Assembly: GCA_045560315.1 (NCBI GenBank)
Contig: JBJKZN010000032.1
Location: 1-59,020 of the forward strand
Direction of reading: 5' to 3'
Length of the DNA: 59,020 nt
From: Fidelibacterota bacterium
GTDB lineage: Bacteria; Fidelibacterota; Marinisomatia; Marinisomatales; Marinisomataceae
Shown here one piece after another: positions 30,344-39,227 of the stretch. The notes under the pieces are model-generated. The model was not told the DNA's origin. It saw only the letters and a list, made by a program, of their open reading frames with translations, and did not search any database. A program made the position numbers and the translations under genes. Numbering within the stretch: position 1 is the first letter of the stretch; each line of letters starts with the position of its first letter.

Positions 30344-30368
30344 CTCCGTAGATAACTAATAATACCTT
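30340..30368 (+). promoter_or_regulatory. Sigma70-like promoter for a leaderless transcript
   Basis: TTGACT-17 bp-TACCTT ending 9 nt before ATG 30378; no SD. Confidence 0.55.
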
Positions 30369-30377
30369 CGTCCTTAT

Positions 30378-30779
30378 ATGAATGATTTTGATTTAAATAG
30401 AGTAGATGAAGTTATTAGCCCTTGTTGTGACGAAGAAATAAGAGCTTCAGACATTGGAACTAAGCTAAAATGTCCATTGTGTAAAGCAAATCTCAAACAA
30501 AGACTATACCTACCATTCCTTGAATATCTCATGGAGAATGGTCATGTAGAAAACTTAGATTTCTTCGATTTAGATTTATATAGTCAAGATAAAGAAGCTT
30601 TAGATAGCGAGGATGAAGAATTAGATCTTGATAAGTATGAAGTAAAGAAAGATAGTTTGAATATATATGAAGATGATGCAAAGTTTAATAATCCTACAGC
30701 ACCATCAGAAACTTCTATTGATGAATCTGCAGTATCAAGCGATTGGACACAGTTTGCTACAGAAGATTCTGACTCCTAA
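30378..30779 (+). CDS. Hypothetical acidic protein with putative zinc ribbon
   Basis: SPCC-x13-CPLC followed by an Asp/Glu-rich C-terminal half; own promoter. Confidence 0.7.
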   Translation: MNDFDLNRVDEVISPCCDEEIRASDIGTKLKCPLCKANLKQRLYLPFLEYLMENGHVENLDFFDLDLYSQDKEALDSEDEELDLDKYEVKKDSLNIYEDDAKFNNPTAPSETSIDESAVSSDWTQFATEDSDS

Positions 30780-30827
30780 TAAAGATTTTTTACTTTACAA
30801 TACCTTACCCTTGCTATTAAATTGGTA

Positions 30828-30954
30828 GAACGACTAAAAATTTTCAGGCTATAAAAACTTCGAAAGATTGAAAGACTTTCCCCCGCTTATCAACTTTCTT
30901 TTATAGCCTGTTTTTTTATCGGAATACTATTACCGACTATCTAGTCGGTTTTTT
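30828..30954 (+). ncRNA. Candidate structured ncRNA or cis-regulatory leader upstream of etfB
   Basis: Perfect 12-bp stem 30845-30856/30899-30910 with inner helices and a C-rich loop; candidate promoter TTTACA(30794)-18-TAAATT(30818); ends in a terminator. Confidence 0.55.
30932..30954 (+). terminator. Intrinsic terminator
   Basis: ACCGACTA-TC-TAGTCGGT followed by a T tract. Confidence 0.8.
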
Positions 30955-30996
30955 ATTGTTTTTGTTAAAAAAATATCACTATATTGACCTTGCATT

Positions 30997-31764
30997 ATGA
31001 AAATAGCAGTATTAACAAAGGCAATTCCAAGCTACGAATCCAGTATTCGTATAGATTCCACATCAAAATGGATTGATGAGGCAGTTGTAAACTTCGTAGT
31101 CAACGAAAGTGATTCATATGCTTTGGAAGAAGCATTGCAAATTAAAGAAAAGTTAGATAATGGCAGTGAAGTTGTTGTTATAACAATGGGATCTGAAGAT
31201 AATACATCAAAAGTTCTTAAAGATGGCCTTGCTAAGGGTGCTGATCGCGCTATTTTTATTAAAAATGAAGATTCCAACACCGATCCATTAACAATTGCAA
31301 AATTATTTGCTGACAATCTCAAAGATGAAAATTTTGATCTCATTTTTTCTGGTTTACAATCAGATGATTTAGGATCTGGACAAACTGGAGTCCTTATTGG
31401 AGAAATGTTAGGTATGTCCACTGCTACTTTAGGCATTGAAACTGACATTGAAGAAAGTAAAATTAAAGTTAAGAGAGAGTTAGAGTCTGGATGGTTTCAA
31501 TGGGTAACGCTTCCTTTCCCAGCTAGTGTATCTATACAATCTGGTATTAATGAGCCACGATATCCTTCATTAAAAGGAATCATGGGCGCTAAACGTAAAG
31601 AATCAAAAGTAATCGATGGACAATCTGGTTCACAAAAACAAAATTTTATTAATTTATTTATTCCTAAAAATGAGAAAGCTACAGAGAGAATTGAAGGCGA
31701 TGTTGATGGAATAGTTGCAAAAATTATGGATGTATTAAAAAATAAACTAAGAGTAATATCATGA
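30997..31764 (+). CDS. etfB: Electron transfer flavoprotein beta subunit
   Basis: NESDSYALEEAL, AKGADRA, GLQSDD..SGQ, INEPRYPSLKGIMGAK. Confidence 0.96.
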   Translation: MKIAVLTKAIPSYESSIRIDSTSKWIDEAVVNFVVNESDSYALEEALQIKEKLDNGSEVVVITMGSEDNTSKVLKDGLAKGADRAIFIKNEDSNTDPLTIAKLFADNLKDENFDLIFSGLQSDDLGSGQTGVLIGEMLGMSTATLGIETDIEESKIKVKRELESGWFQWVTLPFPASVSIQSGINEPRYPSLKGIMGAKRKESKVIDGQSGSQKQNFINLFIPKNEKATERIEGDVDGIVAKIMDVLKNKLRVIS

Positions 31765-32732
31765 TTTTAGTTGTATTAGAAAATCAAAGAGGAAATATCC
31801 ATGCTTTTAGTCAAGAAGCAGTAGTTGCCGGACAAAGTTTAGCATCTAAGCTAAGCATGGAATTATCTATTTTATGTATGGGTGAAAATGCTAGCTCACT
31901 CAAAGAGCAAGCTAGCGAATACAAAGCAAAAGATTTAATCTTAGCAGAGCATGATATGATTAATGCATATTCTGCTGATGGATATTCAAAAGTATTGTCA
32001 GATGTTATTACAGACTTATCCCCTCAATATGTTATTATGGGACACTCTTATATGGTACGTGATTTCTTGCCTAGAGTAAGTGCAAAATTAAGTTTACCAT
32101 TTATTAGTGATATTATATCCGTTACTTATGATGGAGATACCCCTGCATTTGCGCGTCAAGTATTTAATGCAAAACTTGCTACTAACATTCAGTCAGATAC
32201 AAGTAGCAATACAACACTTCTTAGTTTTCAGTCTGCAGCATTTTCTAGCGATGATATAGAATTGGGAGGTTCTGATGCGGCATCTGTATTTGAAGTAAAT
32301 CTTAACAATGAAGATATTAAGTCTATTAGCGAGCCAGAGTTTCAAGAGTCTTCTTCTGGTGTAGACTTAACTACAGCAGATCTAATTGTATCTGTTGGTA
32401 GAGGAATTGAAAGCGAGGATAACATCCCTATGGTCGAATCCTTAGCAGAAGCAATGGGGGCAGAAATAGCCTCATCAAGACCTGTAGTTGATATGGGTTG
32501 GTTGCCATCATACAGACAGATTGGAAGTTCAGGACAAGCTGTTTCACCTAAATTATACTTCTCTGTAGGTATTTCTGGTGCTATTCAACATGTAGTAGGT
32601 ATGAAAGGCTCAAAAAATATTATTGCAATTAATAAAGATGAGGAAGCCCCTATTTTTGAAATTGCAGATTACGCTGTCATTGGTGATTTAATGGAAATTG
32701 TACCAAAATTGACAGAAGAACTTAAAAAATAA
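31761..32732 (+). CDS. etfA: Electron transfer flavoprotein alpha subunit
   Basis: VSVGRG, ASSRPVVD.GW, QIGSSG, GISGAIQH, AINKD..APIF. Confidence 0.96.
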   Translation: MILVVLENQRGNIHAFSQEAVVAGQSLASKLSMELSILCMGENASSLKEQASEYKAKDLILAEHDMINAYSADGYSKVLSDVITDLSPQYVIMGHSYMVRDFLPRVSAKLSLPFISDIISVTYDGDTPAFARQVFNAKLATNIQSDTSSNTTLLSFQSAAFSSDDIELGGSDAASVFEVNLNNEDIKSISEPEFQESSSGVDLTTADLIVSVGRGIESEDNIPMVESLAEAMGAEIASSRPVVDMGWLPSYRQIGSSGQAVSPKLYFSVGISGAIQHVVGMKGSKNIIAINKDEEAPIFEIADYAVIGDLMEIVPKLTEELKK

Positions 32733-32748
32733 GTAAATTCTATACCAT

Positions 32749-34602
32749 ATGGTAACCTTCTCTCTATTAGAGCAAGTAGTATTAGTCCTATTTTTATCTT
32801 CTGGGCTATCTTTTTTTCTATATCAGCTGCTTTTGCGATTAAAAATTGTTTTAAAAGGTAAATCTGATTTTAGTATTGATCAGTTACCTGATAGATTGAG
32901 AAGAGTGTTTGATGAAGTAATTTTGCATAAAAAAGTAGCAAGCGGTGCAAGAAAATCTGCGGGAATAATGCATGCACTTGTTATGTACGGATTTATCTTT
33001 TTTGGATTAATAACAATTAATCACTTCTTAATGGCATTTGGATTTCATCTATTTAATGATACATTCCGTCTTTGGTATTTTAGGCTATTTGGCGGCCCAT
33101 GGGCTTTTCTATGTTCATTTGGTATAATGGCTTTGGCTTATCGTAGGTTCGTTCTCAAACCAAAGGCTTTAGGTAAGTTTTCTGCTACATCTGGTGTAGT
33201 TACTATTTTTATTGTTACTTTAATGATTACTTATCTCATTGATGAATTACATTTACTTAAAAGTCCCCTAGCATTTAAAATAAATTGGTGGATACACTCA
33301 GGTGTAATTGGCGGCTTTTTATTTTTAATTCCTAAATCAAAACATATGCATCTGGTATTGTCGCCATTTAATATTTTTCTAAGACCATTTGAAATTCCTA
33401 ACCATCCAGCTATACCAATAGATTTAGAAGCATCTGAAGAAGAGCTAGATAATCTACTATTAGATTTATCAAGACTTAGTAAAGATCAAGCGCTAGATAT
33501 TTTTACATGTGTTGAATGTGGTCGATGTACTGATGTATGTCCTGCAAATAGGGGTGGAGGAATTTTGGATCCAAAATATCATTTTATATTGGATTTGAAA
33601 GAACCGATGTTAGAATCTGGTGATGTAAATGTTATAGATAAAATTAATGTAGAAGCAGGATGGGAATGCACAACATGTCAAGCATGTACAGAAGTATGTC
33701 CTGTTGGAAATCATGTAGAAAAAGCAGATGAAATTAGAAGTTTTCAAGTATTAGCTGAAGGAGATGTTCCTCAGGAGTATCAGAAGCTATTACGTAATCT
33801 ACAAGAAACAGGCAATACGGAAGGTGCATCATCAAGTGAGCTTCTTCAACAGCTACCAGCCTATACTAGCGATAAAGAACTAGTCCTTTGGTTGGGCTGT
33901 TTTGCTAAGCATGCTATGGATCCAAACTTTATAACTTCAGTGAAAAACTTTACAAAGATTCTAGATTCAGCTGGTGTAACATATGGAGTATTAAGCAATG
34001 AGCAATGTTCTGGAGACCCTGCCAACAAGCTAGGGGATAAATTAACCTATCAATTATTAATGGATCAAAATGTGGAAGAACTAAATAAGGTTAGAAATGT
34101 AACAACCATGTGTCCGCATTGTGTAGTCAATCTTCAAAAAGAATATAGTAAGTATCATGAAATTAAATATGAAGTCAAGCATCATACACAGGTGATTTCA
34201 GAATTATTAGAACAAGGAAAAATTGATATTAATCCAGGATCTCTAGAGAAAGTAACTTATCATGATCCTTGTAACTTATCGCGAACTCTTGATGAGGTTA
34301 GTGCGCCAAGAAATGCAATCAAAGCTGCTGCCCCAGAATTTTTTGAACTAGATGAAAGTGGTAAAGAAACTTTGTGTTGTGGTGCTGGAGGAGCGCTTTG
34401 GTGGAAAAAAGAAAGCGGTGAAGGACGTACTCATCTATTGCGAGCAGAACAAGTAATTGAATCAAAGACTGATACGGTTGTAACAGGATGTAATTTTTGT
34501 TATGGTATGATGAACCAAGGTGTCGGTCCATTAACTCCTGCAGGACAAGAGCCAATTAAAGTTAAAGATGTAGCAGATATTGTAGCAGAAAATCTATCTT
34601 AA
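32749..34602 (+). CDS. Membrane Fe-S oxidoreductase (FadF/HdrDE-like), probable ETF:quinone oxidoreductase
   Basis: N-terminal TM helices with His residues (SKHMH), two CxxCxxCxxxCP motifs, two CCG domains (HDPC, CCGAGG); follows etfBA. Confidence 0.9.
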   Translation: MVTFSLLEQVVLVLFLSSGLSFFLYQLLLRLKIVLKGKSDFSIDQLPDRLRRVFDEVILHKKVASGARKSAGIMHALVMYGFIFFGLITINHFLMAFGFHLFNDTFRLWYFRLFGGPWAFLCSFGIMALAYRRFVLKPKALGKFSATSGVVTIFIVTLMITYLIDELHLLKSPLAFKINWWIHSGVIGGFLFLIPKSKHMHLVLSPFNIFLRPFEIPNHPAIPIDLEASEEELDNLLLDLSRLSKDQALDIFTCVECGRCTDVCPANRGGGILDPKYHFILDLKEPMLESGDVNVIDKINVEAGWECTTCQACTEVCPVGNHVEKADEIRSFQVLAEGDVPQEYQKLLRNLQETGNTEGASSSELLQQLPAYTSDKELVLWLGCFAKHAMDPNFITSVKNFTKILDSAGVTYGVLSNEQCSGDPANKLGDKLTYQLLMDQNVEELNKVRNVTTMCPHCVVNLQKEYSKYHEIKYEVKHHTQVISELLEQGKIDINPGSLEKVTYHDPCNLSRTLDEVSAPRNAIKAAAPEFFELDESGKETLCCGAGGALWWKKESGEGRTHLLRAEQVIESKTDTVVTGCNFCYGMMNQGVGPLTPAGQEPIKVKDVADIVAENLS

Positions 34603-34703
34603 GTTGGCATATAAATTTTTTTTCCTTAAATTTCTAAATCAATGTAAACAATTTAGATTCGTCAATCATAAACAATAAGTTTCAGCTGTATGGACTTGTT
34701 ACT

Positions 34704-35132
34704 TTGAGAGTTCTCATTGGTTGGCATTTTTTGTATGAAGGTGTTTCAAAACTTCTCAATCCATATTGGTCTTCAGCTGCTTATTTATTGGATTCGAAAT
34801 GGATATTTTCAGGATTGGCCGAAACCATTGCATCTAATCCTACCTTATTGACAATATCAGATTTTGTGAATATGTGGGGCTTAACTTTAGTTGGTGTATC
34901 TCTTCTTTTAGGTTTATTTAGTCGCTATTCTGCTTTAGTAGGCATGGGATTTGTAATGTTATATTATCTTTTTGCACCCCCATTTCTTGGTTTAGAATAT
35001 TCTAGACCTGGAGAAGGCAGTTATATTATTGTAAATAAAAATTTAATTGAGGCCTGTGCTCTGTGGGTGATGTATACATTCCCTACTGGTCACATAATTG
35101 GTCTAGATCGATTATTCACCAAATCAAATTAG
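34704..35132 (+). CDS. DoxX family membrane protein (true start probably further upstream)
   Basis: LRVLIGWHFLYEG, GLTLVG..LLLGLF.R, IVNKNLIE, GLDR. Confidence 0.85.
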   Translation: MRVLIGWHFLYEGVSKLLNPYWSSAAYLLDSKWIFSGLAETIASNPTLLTISDFVNMWGLTLVGVSLLLGLFSRYSALVGMGFVMLYYLFAPPFLGLEYSRPGEGSYIIVNKNLIEACALWVMYTFPTGHIIGLDRLFTKSN

Positions 35133-35144
35133 AGGAAATATAGT

Positions 35145-36740
35145 ATGAGTGAAAATAATAAACAGAAAAGCAATGATTTGGACCGCCGAGAATTATTAAA
35201 AGGACTTGCAACTGTACCAGTATTTGGCCTGTTTCTTTCTCAAGTTTGGAGAAAAGTACGCAGAGATAGATTAAAAAAATCAAATATCCTTTCTGGTTTG
35301 GTTCAAGAGAAGAAGTCGGCACCAGCTATTATCAAAGGTCTTTCAGATAGCAAACATCTAAATATTGGTATTATTGGTTATGGAGGTCGAGGTGGACACT
35401 TGGTTCGTGGTGCGGGATTTGCTACTACGGGTTGGACTAATACCGTATCTGAGAATGCACGAAAAAATAAATTGGATAAACAATTTAAAACATTTATGGA
35501 TCAAGAAGATTTGAATTGTTCACTTGTGGGAGTTTGTGACTTGTTTGATGTACGTGCAGAGCAAGGTTTAGATGCTTCTCAAAATGAAGTGCGACCTGGC
35601 GGAAAACCAAAAAAAACTGCTACAAGATATCGCCATTATAAAGATCTTTTAGCCGATGATAACATTGATGCTGTAATCATTGCTACTCCAGATCATTGGC
35701 ATTCCCGCATTACAATCGATGCTGCAAAAGCAGGGAAACATGTTTATTGTGAAAAAGGTTTAACCAGAACATTTGACGAAACAATCGAAGTTTACGATGC
35801 AGTAAAAGAGGCTGGAATTACATTTCAGCTTGGTCATCAAAATAGACAGGTAGAAGCTAATGAAAAAGCAAAACAAATCGTTCAACAAGGCTTATTGGGT
35901 ACAATAAACCTAGTGGAGTTAACTACAAACCGTAATTCTCCATGGGGAGCTTGGGTTTGGGATATTCATCCTAAAGGCAATGCTCAAACAATCGATTGGG
36001 ATACCTTTCAGGAGCCAGCCCCCAATAAAATACCATTTGGTGAAGAAGCATTGAAACGATTCTTCCGTTGGCGTTGTTGGTTTGATTATGGTACTGGTCT
36101 TTCGGGTGATTTATTGTCACATGATTTTGATGCTATCAATCAAATTATGGATTTGGGAATTCCAAAATATTCATCTTCAACAGGAGGAATTTATTTTTAC
36201 AAAGATGGACGTGATGTCCCAGATGTTTGGAATGCAACTTTTGAATATCCAGATAAAGATTTAACTGTTCTTTATAGTGCATCACTTTCTAGCAATGAAG
36301 CACGTGGGAATCGAATCATGGGCCACGATGCGACTATGCAAATGGGTGGTCAAAGTGGAGGTGGATCTGTACACGGATTTATTGTAACAGCAGATTCTCA
36401 ATCAACGCAATACAAAGAACGTATTGAGCAAGGTATTATCAATTCAAAATATCCAATTTATACCTATTCTCCTGGATCAAAGCAAATTGATGGTGTAACA
36501 TCAGCAACTTCTAAATACTTTGCGAATAAAGGGCTATTATATACTTATAGAGAGGGAAAACGAGTTGACCCAACTCATCTTCATATTAAAGACTGGCTAG
36601 ATTCAATTAGAAGTGGAGGACAGCCTAAATGTAATATTGAGGTAGCACTTCATGAAGGTGTTGCTTGTCATATGGCTACAGAATCATACTTAACTGGTCG
36701 AAGAATTGAATGGGATCCAGTCAATCGAAAATTGATTTAA
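35145..36740 (+). CDS. Gfo/Idh/MocA oxidoreductase with twin-arginine N-terminus
   Basis: DRRELLK, GIIGYGGRG, IATPDHWH, HVYCEK, WRCWFDYGTGLSGDLLSH; RBS GAGGA. Confidence 0.92.
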   Translation: MSENNKQKSNDLDRRELLKGLATVPVFGLFLSQVWRKVRRDRLKKSNILSGLVQEKKSAPAIIKGLSDSKHLNIGIIGYGGRGGHLVRGAGFATTGWTNTVSENARKNKLDKQFKTFMDQEDLNCSLVGVCDLFDVRAEQGLDASQNEVRPGGKPKKTATRYRHYKDLLADDNIDAVIIATPDHWHSRITIDAAKAGKHVYCEKGLTRTFDETIEVYDAVKEAGITFQLGHQNRQVEANEKAKQIVQQGLLGTINLVELTTNRNSPWGAWVWDIHPKGNAQTIDWDTFQEPAPNKIPFGEEALKRFFRWRCWFDYGTGLSGDLLSHDFDAINQIMDLGIPKYSSSTGGIYFYKDGRDVPDVWNATFEYPDKDLTVLYSASLSSNEARGNRIMGHDATMQMGGQSGGGSVHGFIVTADSQSTQYKERIEQGIINSKYPIYTYSPGSKQIDGVTSATSKYFANKGLLYTYREGKRVDPTHLHIKDWLDSIRSGGQPKCNIEVALHEGVACHMATESYLTGRRIEWDPVNRKLI

Positions 36741-36763
36741 ACCAGATATCTTAAGGTGAATAA

Positions 36764-37972
36764 ATGAACAAAAATTTTCGTTTAGGAACAATGATGTTTC
36801 TTCAATTTTTCGTTTGGGGAGGCTGGTATGTTACTGTTGGGAATTTTATGGTAGCTGAAGGTATGGGAACCATTACGCATTGGGCTTATTCAGTGAGTCC
36901 TATTGCAGCTATTATATCTCCATTTTTTCTTGGTTTTGTTGCTGATCGTTATTTTAATGCCGAAAAAGTATTAGGAATTCTCCATATTTTGAGCGGTTTT
37001 TTTCTACTTTTAACACCTTTCTTCACATCTAAACCTATGATATTTATTCTAATGCTAGCTATGCACATGATTTGTTATATGCCAACTTTGGGACTTGCTA
37101 ACTCTGTAGCCTTTCGCCATGTTGATAATCAAGAAAAACAATTCCCCCTTATCCGTGTTTTCGGAACATTGGGTTGGATTGTTGTTGGTATTTTAGTAAG
37201 TAAGATTTTGAATGCAGATAATGATGCTACTCCATTTTACATTGCTGGGACTGCTGGAATATTTTTGGGTTTTTATAGTTTTAGTTTGCCTAAAACTCCT
37301 CCGCTATTAAGCAAAGATGCGCCTATTTCTTTTAGAGATATTATTGGTTTAAATGCTCTAGATAAACTGAAATCAAAATCATTTTTTGTATTTGCGTTAT
37401 CCTCTTTTCTAATTTGTATTCCTCTAGCTGCATATTATAATTTTGCACCTATTTTTGTTTCTGATATGGGAATTGCAAGTCCAGCATTTAAGATGTCATT
37501 TGGACAAATGTCTGAAGTTCTTTTTATGTTAATCTTACCATTATTATTTGCTAGGTATGGAGTTAAATATATTCTATTAGGAGGAATGCTTGCCTGGGCT
37601 GTTCGATATGCTCTATTTGCAGTTTCTGCACCAACTGGGATTACATCATTGGTTTTTTTAGGTATAATCTTACATGGGATTTGCTATGATTTATTCTTTG
37701 TTGCAGGACAAATTTATGTTGATAAAAAATCAACAGCTGATATAAGAAGTCAAGCACAAGGATTTCTAGTTTTAATCACTTATGGATTGGGTATGTTTAT
37801 TGGAGCACAAGTTGCTGGGTATGTTTATAATTTATTATTAAATGACCAAGCAGTATTGTCTGTTCAAAGCTGGCAACAGTTTTGGTTGGTTTTTGCTCTT
37901 ATGACCACTGTAGTGATTGTATATTTCTTTATTGGATTTAAAGATAAGTTGAATTCTAAAGAGCAATTATAA
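36764..37972 (+). CDS. MFS transporter, nucleoside:H+ symporter (NupG/XapB) family
   Basis: MMFLQFFVWGGW, ADRYF.AEK, YMPT, IRVFGTLGW, GQMSE, HGICYDLFFV.GQIY. Confidence 0.92.
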   Translation: MNKNFRLGTMMFLQFFVWGGWYVTVGNFMVAEGMGTITHWAYSVSPIAAIISPFFLGFVADRYFNAEKVLGILHILSGFFLLLTPFFTSKPMIFILMLAMHMICYMPTLGLANSVAFRHVDNQEKQFPLIRVFGTLGWIVVGILVSKILNADNDATPFYIAGTAGIFLGFYSFSLPKTPPLLSKDAPISFRDIIGLNALDKLKSKSFFVFALSSFLICIPLAAYYNFAPIFVSDMGIASPAFKMSFGQMSEVLFMLILPLLFARYGVKYILLGGMLAWAVRYALFAVSAPTGITSLVFLGIILHGICYDLFFVAGQIYVDKKSTADIRSQAQGFLVLITYGLGMFIGAQVAGYVYNLLLNDQAVLSVQSWQQFWLVFALMTTVVIVYFFIGFKDKLNSKEQL

Positions 37973-37973
37973 A

Positions 37974-39224
37974 ATGGGAAAAAATAGATTAGGTATTGGA
38001 TTTATTGGAGGAGGCTTTATTACTCGCTTTCATATTCAATCTCTGGTTGGGGTGCGAGATGCAGATGTAGTAGGTGTCATGTCTCGTACAAAAGCATCTG
38101 CTGAAGAATCAGCTACTCTGGCACGGACCATTGGTGTAGGCAGTGATGCAAAAGCTTATGATTCCATTACTGATATGATTGCCGATCCTAATATCCATGC
38201 TTTGTGGGTATGTTCTCCAAATTTTGCAAGAGTTGAAACATTTGAAGAAATTGCCAATGCTATTTCATCTGGAAAAGGGGAACTAATCGGAGTGACCTGT
38301 GAAAAACCTTTAGGCAGAAATGTAGAAGAAGCAAAAAAAGTTTTAGAACTGACTCAAAGTGTAAATCTCCTAGATGGATATCTAGAAAATCAGATTTTTG
38401 CTCCTTCCATTACGCGAGGTAAAGAGATTGTTTGGGCTAGAGGTGCAGCAACCACTGGTCGACCTTACTTAGCACGTGCAGCTGAAGAGCATAGCGGTCC
38501 CCATATGCCATGGTTTTGGGAAGGATCCCTGCAAGGTGGTGGTGTCTTAAATGATATGATGTGTCATTCTGTTGAAGAAGCACGTTTTATGTTAACAGAG
38601 CCAGGAAAACCCCGTGATTCTATCACTCCAATCAGTATTAGTGCGCATACAGATTGTTTGAAATGGCAACGTCCTGAATATGTAAAAATCTTATCTGACA
38701 ATAGTAATGGGAAAACTGATTATTCAAAACGTCCATCGGAAGATTTTGCTCGTTCCTTAATTGAGTATCTAGATGAAGATAATAATAAACTCATTGTTGA
38801 AACTACCACATCTTGGTGTTTTGTAGGTGAAGGATTACGTCTCAGCATGGAACTATTTGGGCCAGAATATTCTATGTTTGTTAATACATTGGACCCAGAT
38901 TTAAAGGTCTTTTTTAGTCGAAAGGTGGCTGGTTCAGAAGGTGAAGATCTTGTTGAAAAACAGAATGCAGAATCCGGTGGTATGCCCGTGGTTAGTAACG
39001 AAGCGGAAGCATATGGCTATACAGCTGAAAATAGACATATGGTACAATCTTTTATAAATGGTAAACGCCCCGAAGAAAACTTTGATGATGGTTTAGAGGT
39101 GACACGACTACTTATGGCTGCCTATATGAGCGCAGAACAAGAAAAAACGATACAACTCCCCAATGCAGATATTGACACATTCAAACCTGCGGTAGCACAA
39201 GGTGAATGGAACCCAAAAGATTGA
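37974..39224 (+). CDS. Cytoplasmic Gfo/Idh/MocA oxidoreductase
   Basis: GFIGGGFI, CEKPL, GGGVLNDMMCH. Confidence 0.9.
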   Translation: MGKNRLGIGFIGGGFITRFHIQSLVGVRDADVVGVMSRTKASAEESATLARTIGVGSDAKAYDSITDMIADPNIHALWVCSPNFARVETFEEIANAISSGKGELIGVTCEKPLGRNVEEAKKVLELTQSVNLLDGYLENQIFAPSITRGKEIVWARGAATTGRPYLARAAEEHSGPHMPWFWEGSLQGGGVLNDMMCHSVEEARFMLTEPGKPRDSITPISISAHTDCLKWQRPEYVKILSDNSNGKTDYSKRPSEDFARSLIEYLDEDNNKLIVETTTSWCFVGEGLRLSMELFGPEYSMFVNTLDPDLKVFFSRKVAGSEGEDLVEKQNAESGGMPVVSNEAEAYGYTAENRHMVQSFINGKRPEENFDDGLEVTRLLMAAYMSAEQEKTIQLPNADIDTFKPAVAQGEWNPKD

Positions 39225-39227
39225 TCT

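Noticed and set aside
30828-30954. FMN riboswitch, SRP RNA or 6S RNA identity for the etf-upstream RNA
   Set aside because: No FMN aptamer or SRP helix-8 consensus, and no large central bubble typical of 6S; an Rfam search is still needed to exclude a divergent 6S
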